NCBI GenBank assembly: GCA_030704615.1
Contig: CM060734.1
Location: 19,964,001-20,028,000, forward strand
Length of the DNA: 64,000 bases
From: Takakia lepidozioides
Taxonomy: Eukaryota; Plantae; Bryophyta
Direction: 5' to 3'
Under the pieces are notes generated by a model. The model was given only the letters and a program-made list of their open reading frames with translations, did not search any database and was not told the origin of the DNA. Positions within the stretch are counted from its first letter, which is position 1, and every line of letters begins with the position of its first letter. A program made the position numbers and the translations under genes. Below are positions 47,543 through 60,599 of this stretch, piece by piece.

Positions 47543-47814
47543 GGGTATGGAGGGGTGGGACTAGTGTTGGAAGTCCTAACGGATAACTTCAATCGCGCTG
47601 CAGCTAACATCCGCGACGTGGTAAAAAAGGGAGGTGCCAAAATGGCAGACTCTGGCTCCGTGCTCTTTAACTTCAAGCGTGCTGGTGTGATCAATGTAAA
47701 TGCAGATAAAGTAGAAGGAGATGAGCTTTTGCTTGCTGCTATGGATGCTGGTGCGGAAGACGTCTTGGAGCCTTCGTCCTATGATGAGGAAGACGATGAA
47801 GAGGAGGAAGAGAA
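47543..47814 (+). pseudogene. Isolated exon fragment of a YebC/TACO1-family gene
   Basis: GYGGVGLVLEVLTDNFNRAAANIRDVVKKGGAKMADSGSVLFNFKR..AMDAGAEDV, ending at a GTAAGC donor. No other YebC exons seen in the window. Confidence 0.85.
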
Positions 47815-50753
47815 GTAAGCTACATATTCGTCTGCTGCAACTGTAGTCACTTGGGTGTTTAATGAGCAGCTTTGAATGGATCCATGGGGCACTCACCCAG
47901 TAGTTAGTAACCAACAAACAGAATGGTCGTGTGCAGTCCCTGCTTGATACATTGTAGGCTGTTTTATTCTTTAGCTATTGAGAATGGTACAATGCAATAG
48001 TATTTGTGTATGCAGCTATACCTTGCCCTCTCCTCTCCCCTGCCCTTTGCCCCCATTCCTTTCCAGAACCATGAGCTAGGTACCAACTGGACAAACATCC
48101 AACCACTGCTAGGTGTTTTCTCAACAAAGTCGTCTTGAATAAAAGTCTGCCATCTAACCTCCGCACTTGCGCTCTATATACAGAGAGGCACAGAAGAATG
48201 CTCTGAATGATGCTACTCCAGAATCTGCAGAGGTTGCCACACAGGCAGTGCGAGGGCAAGTAACAGCTTGGATCTCTGTTGCTGCCCTCTACAGCCAAAA
48301 GGGGCAGATCTGTCGTGCTGAAAAATGCCACCTCCTGGTGCTGCACGCCTGCCAGGCTAGTGGCCTAAATCTTGATGCCAGCAAATGCCTTCTGGAGGCT
48401 GGTAAGTGTCAGCTGCGACGGGGAGAATGCAACAGGGCACATGCACTTTTTTCAGCAGCTACTTTGCTCTTCGAAGGTGAGCTCTCCCAGCACACTACTT
48501 GTGTATTGGAGGAGTGCTTTGATTTTTTGGGGGCAGGACCAAATATAAAAAAGAGATGAGTCTTGCCATTTGCCTTTTTTGGGGGGGCATTTTTGATTGG
48601 TCCAAATTTTGGCGGGGGAGTAGCCGTGGGATGCTGGAAGCCGCAGAACAAAATTGAGCCAAAAACAAAATCGATACGTGCCAGAAACCCCCACTGAAAG
48701 GCAGTGCAAACCTATTTATTGGCTTAAAATAAATTTAAATTCGATTAAAAATGTGGAATGTTCTGTGTGGGGCCTCACAAGGGCAAAGTTATTGTTCTGA
48801 CTTCAGACTGCGGAGCTAAGAAGGAGGATTGTCGGGAGGGGGAGGTGACTGGGGAAGCCGACAATGCCGAACTGCAAGAGCTGGTGGTAAAGGCTGGACG
48901 ACTAGCTGGTGCGGCAGCTTTACAGGGGCGTGATGTGGACGTTGGAAAGAAGCTTCTTTTAGGGGCACTTGTGGCTGCCCGCCGGCTACGTTTCAAAGCT
49001 CGTTGTCTCAGGTGACTTTGCAATCTGACACTTGAATATGCATTGTGAGTGACATTCTCATGTCTTTTAAATTCTGACTGTGTGTTCTGGATGTGTTTCT
49101 TTGTAAGTCACCTTGTGATCTGCAGACGTACAAGACTTGCACTTTTATTGAAGTGCCCTGCTGCAAGGTGTCCATAATTTTATGGGTCTCAATTCTGCAT
49201 CAGAAAAACATTCACCACCATTTCCACAGATGTGGCGGTGTGTGATTTTATGAGCATTGGGCTCTGAAGTTTGATAGCCAACAGCATGTGTTTGCAGTGC
49301 TTGTATTCTTTGAAGATGTGAGCAAGAAGGCCCTAACTGGTAAACTAGTCTGTGAGCAAAACACATGGAGAACAATGGGAGTGAAGGGGTTCATGGCTGG
49401 TCTGTAATGCTTGGAATTAAGCTTAGGTTGATTGTCAGTGTTGATGTTGAGTGTTTATTGTCTCTGCAAGCTTAGGTTGCTGGCCAATCTGCAAAAGGGA
49501 GAGCCACATCTCAAGAGCTTGCAGGCAGCAGTAGACAGCTTCAGTGTGTGTGATCTGCCCTATGAGCATGCTGAAGCTCTCTTCTGTCTCGCCTCCTTGA
49601 AGGTTTGTCCTTCAAATCTTCCTATTCCACCTCATCTCCCTCTCTGATTTCTCTTTCTTGCAAAATTAAGGGGGAAACACCCTACAATAAGTATGTAAAC
49701 AAAAGAATGCTGAACCAAACATTTTCTGCAAGAGAAGAAGCAGGGAACAGTGAATATGGACATGATCTCTATGTTTTTAACAAAGTGATCTGTTCTGCCC
49801 ACTGCAGACGACTTTGCATCTCAATGGCTTGCGGGAGAACCAGGCACTTTCAGGGTCCCAGAGGGTGGAGAGATCGGGGGGTCTCATTGAATCATCCAAA
49901 CAAGACTTAGAGGCTCAGCCAACCTTCTCCAAGCACAACCAAGCCTTGCTGATGAAAGCCCGAGTATTATAAGCTCACTTTCTCAGTCTCATGACGCAAC
50001 AGAGAATATGAACTCCCAAAACAGGGGATCTGTCAATCGTTCCCTGCCCTCAGAAGGCATGGTTCCAAGCAGCGGACCATGTGTGAAGCTATGTGTGGAG
50101 GAGTGTGGACCTTTAGGGAACACCCCAGTTGCCTTAGAACTCTTGGGTAGAGTACATGACGCATGTGCGAGGGTTTGTGTCCTGCTCGGGGAGGGTATGG
50201 AAGCCCGGACTTACCCTAATCTTGCTCTCAAGAATAGAGAGTGGGTGAGCACATGTAAAGATGATGCAAGCCATGCTCAAGCACTGCTGGAAAGACTGCA
50301 ATGGAAAGACACAGGGACTTGTCGCAAGTCTTGGCAGGTGTTAGGAGGGTTAATGGTTGGGGGTGTAACATAGGGGCTGTAAAAGTGGCCTACATGTACA
50401 TGTAGGATTAACCAGCTGTGAGTATTTTGTGTTGGGTAGTTATTTCTGTGAGTTAAGGTTTACTATGTATATTCAAGGTATGTATTGGTGTTGAGCGGGC
50501 ATTGGATTTTTATGTATCCTCAGGGTACGGATAACCTGAATTTCGAGCATAGATTTACCCTTTGGATCAGAATACTATTATTTTTCAAATGGAGAGTAAA
50601 GGTCACTTCCGGGTAACGTACATTTGTAGAACACACCGGGTCAAGGTATACCCAGGTAAGGGTAATAATGATATTTAACGAATCCGGATAATTTGGGATC
50701 ATCCAATAAATATGAGGTTGGATAAAATAAGGGTAAGGTGATATTTTTCCTAA

Positions 50754-50996
50754 GAGCATCTCCACCGGGGTCCCTAAATGCCAAGGCAATGGTAAAGGAG
50801 CCCCCGGCCCGGGGGGTACCTGCTGGAGAGACTAAAAAGCACTACTCTGTGCATTTATGGCGTGAGGATAAGGCCGCATGTGGTCCCTTGGGAGCAAGGC
50901 ATGTCAGCTAAAATGACATGTGCATGGTAAATTTGATGGGGTTGCGGCTGGGGGAGGGGAGTGTTTGAGGTTTAGTGTACCCGGGTGGAGATGCTC
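50754..50996. mobile_element. Tourist (PIF/Harbinger) MITE
   Basis: TIRs GAGCATCTCCACC / GGTGGAGATGCTC with TAA TSD on both sides. Confidence 0.9.
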
Positions 50997-51200
50997 TAAG
51001 TATTTTAGATAAATTGGTAACCGATACAAATCAATTCGATCTTAAAAAATTAAAATTAAAATTAAAATTGATTATATGTGAAAATATACCTTAAGCATAA
51101 TAAATCAATGTTAAAAACTAAATTTCAATCCCAATATAGAAATATAATGTAGATACATGTGGCAATGAAGCAACCTAGAAAACCGCACTAGTAGCTTCAT

Positions 51201-51430
51201 ACTATTTTTTATTTTTATTTTTTAAGAACAGGGGACAGTGGCCCTGGATAATATATTGAGAAAGCCCGGAGAACGAGAAGAGGAAAAAATAACCTCTTAG
51301 AGGGCCGTAAAGCATAACGCATGGGGAACACCCAGAGCGAACAAGGGAGGGGGAGAGATGCGGTAGGAGGGTGGAAGCCATAAGGCAGATAAGTAATCGA
51401 GGACTCTTCAAGAAAAAACTAAACAACGCC
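51201..51430 (-). mobile_element. L1 3'-tail fragment
   Basis: Minus strand GCTTTACGGC..GAGGTTATTTTTTCCTC..AGGGCCACTGTCCCC..poly(A). Confidence 0.65.
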
Positions 51431-51874
51431 AAAGTCGAGATGAGCCTTGGATTTTGGAATTCGCAGGCATACTGTTCAATTCCACATTTTTTGTCAAATC
51501 GTTATGTCCACCACACTTGTCATCCATTGGTCCACTAACAGAATCCCTAATTTCCTGTAGATTCGTGAATCGAAATCGGAGGGACACACACGAACTGACT
51601 CCATCGAGACTCAAACGGTGAAGAGGCATGTGGATCTGACAATAAGGTCAACTCATCTGAGCCAGTGGTTCAAGACCTCCACTGATCAGCCGACCTTGCC
51701 ATCTCGAGAGGTAGAGTCGCAAGAGATCGTTCGTCGGAGAGAAGGAAAAGAGATCGAGCAGCCCAATCAAGGAACCCAGCAGCCGCCCCTGAAAACGGCA
51801 ATCATTTAACAGCTATTTTTCCATTGGCCTTTGTATAGTTGTAATTAATAATTAACTCATATATTATTCCATAG

Positions 51875-52687
51875 GATGACATGATTTACCCTCCAATCGA
51901 CTATTTCATTGTTGTCAATCAAGAAGATTTACTGGACTTTCCTTGGGGATTGAAAGGATGTCGGCCAGGATACTACGTCCTTGTTCTAGACATTGGTTAC
52001 CTTTGTGAGGTTTACCAGAAAGATGGGCCGAAATCCCCTGCCGCAACCCAACCTTGTATTGCCGCAGGGAAATTCAAGTTAGCTACACGAAATGGTCTTG
52101 ACGACTTCGTGAGATAGGTCGTCAAAAAGTTTTTCGTTTGTCTTTGGAACACTAGACCTGAAATGAATGTCATGACAATCACAAAGGCCCTGTTGGGGAA
52201 ATATTTTTTCCACGTCAGGACGTACAGCAGAACTGCGTCAAGCATAGGTCGACATTCCATGCACAGTGGGCCGTGGCTGAAAGCGTCCAAAAATCCCATC
52301 TACTTTAAACGGCTTTACAATATTTTCGCTGAAGAAGACCCAACAACTTTCAAATCCAATACTCTCCTTATCGACACTGTAGACAATATGTATAAGTCCT
52401 ACTTGAACCCATTAGGAATGACCATCTTTCTTCCAAAATATAGAGCGCTCGTGGACCCTTACAAGGATAGGTTTCTTTTGGATGAACTCAAGCCGCACCT
52501 TAACATGTTGTGTTTGTCCGGGATGGATGCCATGGAATTTAACTCACACCATCCTATCGGAATTGGGGATGATGTTTTCTACAATGACCCAGCGGTCAAC
52601 TTTATTAGAGGCTGGGATATTACTTGGCAGAAATATCTTAGCAATGACGAGTTACGTGCCACTGCATTGGGACATAAGATATCTTAA
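51875..52687 (+). pseudogene. FCP1/NIF HAD-fold domain copy 1 (one in-frame TAG at 52115-52117)
   Basis: YVLVLDIGYL..TRNGLDDFV..FFVCLWN..YFKRLYNIF..SNTLLID..YKSYLNPLGMTIFLPKY..FLLDELKPHL. Confidence 0.75.
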
Positions 52688-52945
52688 AAGAATGCATATA
52701 TGGTCTATGTTTGATGAACCTCGCTTATACAGTGGACGTTGTTGTTCACTTGCCTGTGGTCGGTTGTTCCCATGCATTGTAGTGTTCCCTTTCTATCCTC
52801 CTAAGTCTATGTATGACTCTCTGGCAGATTGGAGCACCTGTTTCTCCACCTGCGCAAGGGTTGCGTTTGTTAATTTTTGACGTAAATGGAGTTTTGTGCA
52901 AAATCTTGAAGCGCCAAAAGAGCTACAATGTCCCCCGGTTTTCAG

Positions 52946-53557
52946 AATAAGACTACAGAATACCAGCTCTTGTTGGAATTTGACTTGTCTTTAGAGAAGA
53001 GAAATATCGCGAAGTGTGGACAGAGTTGAACAAACATTTCCGGTTAGGGATTTGGAAGTGCATAATGCACAAGAACTTGCAGCCTATCCTGGATTTTTTG
53101 CTTCGTGGTCTCCCTCAACCGGCATTTGTTATATCTCAAGAAGATTGTATTCCTGACCTACTTCTGTGCACCCTCAATTAATTAAATTAGATATGACCCT
53201 CCGAGTTTGTTTTTAAAGCCACTGATGAATGTCTGGCAGAGATTTGGTGGTCAGTACAACAGGAGTAACACTCTGCTCATTGACGACACGGCCACGAAGT
53301 GTATATTGAACCCGTCTGATTCATGTCTTCTTCTCAAACCGTTCGAGTCCGTGGAGACTGATTGTTGCTATCTTCAGAAGGTTCTCCAGGACTATTTGCT
53401 TGAAATGAGGGAACATCCCACGGTTTCAAGCTATCTCAGGAAAAAGATGATAGGGTGTACATCTTATCCCGATGTTGCCAATGACCCTAAGTTTATGCCA
53501 CTCTTGGATTATATTGACGACTCTGATTCCACAAATCTCAGATATGATTCTTCATAA
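52946..53557 (+). pseudogene. FCP1/NIF HAD-fold domain copy 2 (frameshifted)
   Basis: YQLLLEFD..HFRLGIW..PAFVISQEDC..LFLKPLMNVWQRF..YNRSNTLLIDDTATKCILNP..LLLKPF. Confidence 0.8.
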
Positions 53558-55519
53558 TAAAAATATCATTGATCAATCCCGTCTCTCTCACAATTTCACT
53601 ATCTTCTTGGTATTTACTTTTCATTTCCTTGTAATCACACACCGATTGGATATGGTACTTTCCCATGACGTTCCGGATTTGTGTTTGGACGAAAATGTTT
53701 TATCTCCTATACTCTCATTTGCACATATTTGCTGTTGAATTTTACCACACACATTCTGGTCCATTCCAAGCCCAGTGGATACAGGCCTTCATACGGGGAC
53801 ATCTGCATATCTAGTAACCTCCACTGTTCAGTAGAGGTTCACCTTCCTGCATGCCCGGATTGATGATTATTTCTCTTTGGCAAGTTCAAGCAGATGCTGA
53901 CGACGTCACCCGTTCATCGGGTCACCTAATGAAACCCTCCGAATCAGCAGTGCGTCATAGCATTGAAGGCTTTCGGAGGGTTGAGGATGGTGTTGTAATC
54001 GACAGTGGATCCTCAGCCATACACTTGGCCTCTCGGGAATTGGGCGACACTCTTCTCCACTCGGGTCCTAAAAACGGAAGTTCCTTTACAGGATCCTTCT
54101 GGGTTTAAAGTCCAAGGGGTAGGTGACCAAGAGAAATATGCTGAAGATATGATTGACCTTACCCAACAATCCTCACCCTCCCCTTTAAGTACCAAGGGTG
54201 TGGATTCTCCATCTAGAAGGGCAACCGAGGAAGACGTGGCTATGGCTCCGCTGCGCCTTGTTCCAAACACATAGGTACATAAATCTCATGAGGAGAATCG
54301 AATGGCGTTAACGACGCTCGCAATTCAGTAGACTTCAATCACATGTTCCTGCTTAAGAATGGAAGAGGAAGGACTGCTTGAAAGGCAATCAGACAGACGG
54401 TATGATCTGAACAACAGTAAATGATGGTACCGTCAGTCACCCACTCATTGTGCGGAAAACCCTTAACAGAGGAGTAGAAAGCAAATCACCGTTGTTTCAT
54501 GGTGATGGTCGGTAGCGACAATCCCTTTCTGGGACATTCCACTCAATCTCTACGCAGATCTTCAACAATGAAATGGAAGTTAGAGAAAACTTACTGGCGC
54601 CTTCTTAGGTTTTGAAATTGGCTCTTCCTCGAATCTCTCCCCAGCACGAGGGTTGGACAACCCAAATCCGCAGGAGTCAGGTAACTTAAACTCTATTCTG
54701 TTTTCCTATTTATTCCCCTGATTTCACTTAGTTTGGGGTCTGATATTCATGTGTCACTGCAGGTCACAAAATCTGCAAATTATGACCTTCCTGTCAAACG
54801 ACGTCTGCATTGGAATCCATTTCCGAGGTAATCCCTTCATTACGTTTGCATTCAATCCAGGTTCTGGAGTGCTCAAGGGACAATTTCCTGTGCCCGCCTG
54901 CCATTCCCCTTCTCCTTCCCCCCTCGTACAATGACGCAACAACTCCAACATCGAGACAGCCCGACCCTGCACTGTTGGAACAATGTTCTCCACCAAATAA
55001 ACGTAATAGAGCCCCCGAGCCATTTCCTTCTTCTGCATGAATGGTTTCCACCGGAGAGAAGGCTGACTTGAAAAAAAGAGTAGACTCGAAGAAGAAGAGG
55101 ACTACCTCGGATTTCTGGCGTCTCATCAAAACATGTCCGCTAGAATCCACTATTTGTCTGCGAGACATTCCAAGAAGGCTTCAATGGTAAAATTCAAAAT
55201 CGTTTCTCTTTTTTTGTTTGCTGTTTGTTATTCGGTCTGAAACTTACTCCATAATTTTCTGAATAGACGGGGATGGAGCCGCATAACTTCATCCATAGGC
55301 CTCCTTACAGGTACGTCCATGAACCTCCACTTAGCAGCCGACGTTCCTCTTTTCATGACTTCGATATATCGTCCCCCCTCGGGAAAGAAGTCCATTCTCG
55401 CCACACATATGTTTCGGCCAACGTGGACGTCAGTGTGAGGATGGTAAAGACTCAATCTTTCTGGGTCATGTGATTTTTGACGACATAAACACTAATATGG
55501 TTGTCATGAAATTTCTCAG

Positions 55520-56195
55520 GATGGCTTTGGCCCTCAACATTCATCTGTCAAATCGGGGAAAAAGAAACGGATGTTGTTAATATTGAGTGTCAACGGACTC
55601 CTCTACTACCAGCCACCTCCAACCGACAGTGAATTGTTTAAGGAGAGATTTCATTTCAGGAAAGTTACAGTTCAAGTTCCCGACAAACCTTTTTTGGTAC
55701 CCCGGCCCGGAGTCTTGGAGTTTCTCAACCTTGCGTTGACACATTTTCACGTGGCGATTTGGTCATATGCTGAAAGAGATGTTCTTTGTAGGATGCTGGA
55801 GTGCTTTGTTCCGACGAAAATTGCGAAGAAGTTCTACTTCATCTGGTCAGCTGAGGATTGCAAGTGGTAGACCATTAATTGCAACACAAGGGCAAATACT
55901 CCTTGTCGATAATGAGCCATAAAAGGGATCCGAAACCCACCAAATACTGGATTCTTCCATTCTTCATTCAAACCATCCCCAAAGGGCTTGGGTGATCAGG
56001 ATGATATGACAAAGGCAATGTGGGCACATATATCGGAGATGGTTGTAGTTTCAACAATCATCGATTACATCAGCGACAACCGTGCCAAGTGTTCTCATAA
56101 CCATATTAGTCGCGACCACGCCTACTGGGCTTGGTATGGAAGATATGTTCATCCTCGTGTTTGGATCCCACAACAAAAAGAACCTCATTACCTTG
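55520..56195 (+). pseudogene. FCP1/NIF HAD-fold domain copy 3 (stop and deletion)
   Basis: KKKRMLLILSVNGLL..RPGVLEFL..HFHVAIWS..FIWSAEDC, then in shifted frames ILLVDNEP and GIRNPPNTGFF. Confidence 0.8.
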
Positions 56196-58989
56196 GTATG
56201 TACTTATCCCACTGTACTGAGAATTTGATTTTCAAAATGTCTTACACTTGCACTTCCACCTTATTATGTTTTCATTCTACAAATCTTCCTGATTTGGCCT
56301 AACATTTTGCCATATTCATGAATTGTTTTGCCAAGTCACATTCAAGGATCAAATTCGAAAAGAAGAAGAAGAGCTTCGTGATTGGCAAGAAGGGCGGGCC
56401 TCCCAGGAGGCTTCAAGGGCATCAAGATCATCAAGTAGAGTTGCAAGTAACAATGATAATGTTATTAAGTTTGAGTTTCCTGAAAGTATTTCCGTTTCCT
56501 CTGCTGCGGAGACCGTTGTAACCGGAGGCGTCTTTGAACACATACCTTGATTGCGAGCCGTTTGGGAGGAGGCTCTATAATATTAATGAGTTAGTGTAAG
56601 CCTCTGTATGGCTTGGAGTCGATGGATAACATTAAGTCCAATGTGAATGTTCACAATTGACGTTACATTTTGTCGCCAAAGTTACAATCTCAAAAAAAAT
56701 ATATATATATGTTTATCATCAATGTCTCCGCAGACTCATTTTTTCATGTCATGATGCCATGAAATGTTCTATGTTTGGTTTTGTATGTCATCGGTATTGG
56801 TAACTACTTTGTGCAAAAAGTTTTGCATATCTAACCTCAAATCATGGTTTAATTCATTGCATCCTCCCATTTCTTTCATGAACGTCAACTTGGCAGTGAT
56901 GTTGTTCTAAAATCACAATACTTACTTATATTTTTTCTAAAAAATGTGTGGAGGATTATTGTTGATGGTTATATTGTACATAAAATAGCCAAATAATTAT
57001 ATCTCTCTCTTTATTTCTATTATAAATTATATTTATACATATTTCTCATATTATTTCTGGACCAAACATAAGTCCAGAATTAGTTAAATTAATGTTAAAT
57101 ACTTTCTCAATTCAAATCAATTGCCTTTCAAACTTTTTCTTTGTAAACAGACCTCAAAAAGTTTTGAAAATCACATATTACAATATGTGTAGTTTGAAGA
57201 AATATACAATGAATACTAGGACTCGATTTTGTTCATATTCAATGAGATTCAAACTCTTAAAGATAAATTTAATAGATTATCTTGAATCTAAATATTTGTA
57301 TATTTATCCTTATCTGTCAAAAGAAATTCTCTAGAGACCCTCTAGAGACTATGCTTTTGCTGTAACATGTATCAAAACTTTCTCCAAGGGGTCCATGTAA
57401 GGGTTGTACATAATACGTGCATTATACAAATGGGACTTATTAGGATCATTGATGTACATAGGATGCATGCATATAAAGGGATAGGGAATATAAAATTATA
57501 ATGCATGTATGTATATAGAAGTATTGAGTGGGCAAAAGACTATAAAATTATACGTCTATGTAAGTTGATAAAAATATTTATGTGTATGGACACTTGAGAG
57601 GTTTTGAAAACCTTTGATGACGTTCATGTATCTATAGATCTAATTAGGTAACCTCCTCGACGAACTTTTAGAAATTTGAATCATCTAAGTTTCAAATATG
57701 GTGTTTGTTTTGTTTTGTTTATGTTTTTGATATCGTTGGAACGTTTCAATGAATTTAGGTACATGTTTGTCATTTCATGACAGTTAGACCTTTTGGGTGG
57801 GAGATATTGAACTTTGGATAATTTTTGTCATAGAAAAAATCCATTGGCGTTTTAATGTAGATGGTTTAGCAAAATTTTAGGAGGGATGAATCACGATAGG
57901 GGGGAAAAAAATAAAAAATCATCATCAATATCGAGCGATTCGTCCCAATCTTACTTAAATTGTTTTGAAAATATTGGAGACCGCTACTAGTGCTGGTGGT
58001 CCCCATATAACTAAATTAAGTTATTAAATAATTACTTTTAAGTATATATTTTTATTTTTATTTTTATTTAAAAAAATATATGTTTACGTGCGGCGTCCCT
58101 TATTCAGTTTACTGTCCCTATTAATTAATATATTCATGTTTGCGTTTTTTTTTTGGGCCTACGTTTGCAGAGCCCACTACTTACTAACTTAGTAAGTAAT
58201 AACTTATTAAGTAGTAAGAGGCATGGGCCTCTCCTTTATGTACCCTCTGAGGGCGGTGGGACCCTTCTAGAAGGCCCTGGGACACATGTCACCACTAGAA
58301 ACCTTCTTACCCGAATTTGGCGCCTGAACTATTCCCAATTTAATACCTCTCGCCTTCCCACCTTCTTTTTATCTATCCCCTTACACCACGGTCATTAATG
58401 CAAATCCTTGTTTAGCTTCGCTTTTTAATTCTTGGACCACTCTCTAATGCATAAACTTTGGGAGCTTATTTAGCTAATGTATCATTTGTAATTATTTTCT
58501 AGAGGTCACAGAACAAATTCTTGTATTTCTTTAGTTTATGTGACATTTGTTTTAACCTCCAATTATTTTACGTAATTTTATATAAAACTGACATGACGTG
58601 GGTCCACATCGACATCAGGTCTAACGTGATATGACATCACATCAATGTGGAACCTCAGTTTATTTTTTATCATTAACAGTTTAGTGAGACTGAGTTGTTC
58701 CTTAGTTAATCGAGATTGAAAGCACATTTGTGGAAATTGTTATTATTTTGCAAAGTCTTCAACTCCTGGTAAAAACCAGTGTTGTGCGGGTATCAGCATT
58801 TCCAGGCATGGTAGTTCTGGAGGGATGCTTTGTTTTTTGAACTCTGATACCATTCTAAGTATTGCAGAATGACAAATTTGCAAATAGTATACTGGTATAA
58901 GTATTTCCCTTAGACATGCACAATATTTGGTATCAATAGAACGGGGTTTTTTTTTAATATCAATTGAATGTCAATACGGGTATCAATAT

Positions 58990-59300
58990 TTTATTTTTTA
59001 ATAATACAAGGGGACGGAGGACAGAGGCCCTTAAATCATATTAATAATAAAAGGCCAAAGCTAGGAAACACATAGAAAAGTTCAGCAAAAAACAAGGAAT
59101 AAATAACCCTGTAGAGGCCATGAAGGCAGTACAACATGGATACCACCCGCAACCAAGGAAGAAGAGAAGAGCACAACAACAGAAGGGCCAATACCAGGGT
59201 CACCATAGCCCACAGACAAAAGACCAACAAAAAGCAGGGCAAAGCACCACAAGGCAGAACTTAGGGGAAGGACAAGAAAAATAAGAATAGAGTTTAGATC
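58990..59300 (-). mobile_element. L1 3'-tail fragment
   Basis: Minus strand CCTTCATGGC..GGTTATTTATTCC..AAGGGCCTCTGTCC..CCCC..A-rich tail. Confidence 0.65.
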
Positions 59301-60599
59301 GCGGAGCTCCAAAATTGAAATGGTCATTTGAACTATTCAAATGGCTCATTCCAATATTCAAATGGCGGCGTCACCCCATTGTGTGCCTTTAGTGTTTGCA
59401 ATACCCTACCCAGGATGCACAACCATATCTCCAGCGATCCGTGCCTGTAGTATGAATATTAGGCTCCCATAGCTGCACAATAATGGTAACAACCTGATAT
59501 GAAAATGGGAGCCCCAAACCGTAATCCATGGTATGCCCTGGGTATTCGACCTACCACCTACCCGACTGGTAGGTTCTCGAAGAACCTGCTAATACCTACT
59601 ATTGATACCCGGGAAGACCCACAATACCAGTACGACACTGGTACAAACACTTCATAGGTGTACTACAAACCGATCAAACCGATCAAGGTCCCAGCAATGT
59701 ACTGAACAATTTCCAACAACAAATGTCAAAATTAAAATAGTCAAACAACGGATATTCATCAACATGAGCTTCTACTAGTGTAACCATTTTTACACATCAT
59801 GAATGATTTGCAAAAAGACCAATTTGATTAGTATGCCCAAAAAATTTGATGGGACGATATCGAAGTATCGCAGATTCATTCAACAAATATGATTGTTTTT
59901 CCGGAATGTTACAATTACTCCACAACGTTGAAATTATTCACATTGGATTCATAGGGCCTGAGCATCCTTCTACTTGACATTATTTTATCTTATTTTGCAC
60001 CTTTATTACAGAAAAATACGCACTTGCTAAACAATTTTGAAGTATTCTTGTCAAAACTAAATGTCTGAAATCCAATGTTAGAGCAAAGACAAGGTACAAA
60101 ACAATTAGCATACATATTGTGAAACTGTTAATCACCTGAAACGAGGTTTTATGCCCAACGCTCGACCTGTTGTGGGTTTGAGATCAATGATAGTTCCGCC
60201 TTCTCCCATTTGAAATATACCCCTATACATCTACACAACTTAGTTATTGGTTTAGACTTCAAGAGACACTTCTTAAATGGTAGTAAATAAGAGACACTAC
60301 ACAATTGGACTAGAGTCAATTTGATAGTCATGAGTTGCTTATAAATAGTTATTTATCTCAAACTTAAAACTGATTGTTCTATAAATAATTATAACTTTAC
60401 TTGGTAGCAAAAGTCTACTTTTAAGTAGCCGGGACAGACTATCAAAAGACATTCTCACCGGTCGCCAAAATGACCTCTATCACAACATTATGGCAATTAC
60501 AGCAAAGAGAGACTTGGAGTTACATGACCAAAAATGTTGTAGCTGTGTTTTTGAAAATACACATGCCTATGTATATGCTGCACTTTTGTACTAAGTATC

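Larger units (their letters stand above)
34511..50373 (+). pseudogene. Multi-exon gene, B-box zinc finger + SAxRGxxEKxG..WxPDVxDP motif + TPR-like helical C-terminus; probably disrupted
   Basis: Phase-consistent exons 34511-34751 (CDDC..WCEKCGVALCFECDSHCH..HLR), 34948-35411, 36072-36361, 46229-46925, 47090-47142, 48184-48476, 48807-49011, 49476-49602, 49808-50373. The donor after 36361 reads AG|ttgagt instead of gtgagt, and there is a frameshift near 49945. Confidence 0.7.
51186..57992. mobile_element. Putative non-autonomous CACTA element carrying NIF-domain cargo
   Basis: 10-bp inverted termini CACTAGTAGC / GCTACTAGTG with flanks CCG / CTG. No transposase or subterminal repeats seen. Confidence 0.45.

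Noticed and set aside
50371-50750. hAT-like subterminal GGGTA/TACCC motifs, echoed near 59500-59650
   Set aside because: No matching TIR pair or 8-bp TSD found.
52115-52117. In-frame TAG as a candidate for U-to-C editing or readthrough
   Set aside because: Such editing is organellar. C>T decay of methylated CAG is simpler, and neighbouring domains also carry frameshifts.
58842-58853. tRNA-Met primer-binding-like TGGTATCAGAG on minus
   Set aside because: No adjoining LTR end or gag ORF could be defined.
59772-59780. Second CTACTAGTG as an alternative CACTA right end
   Set aside because: Only a 9-bp match, and its flank TAA does not match CCG. It does show such short matches can arise by chance, hence the modest confidence in the CACTA call.
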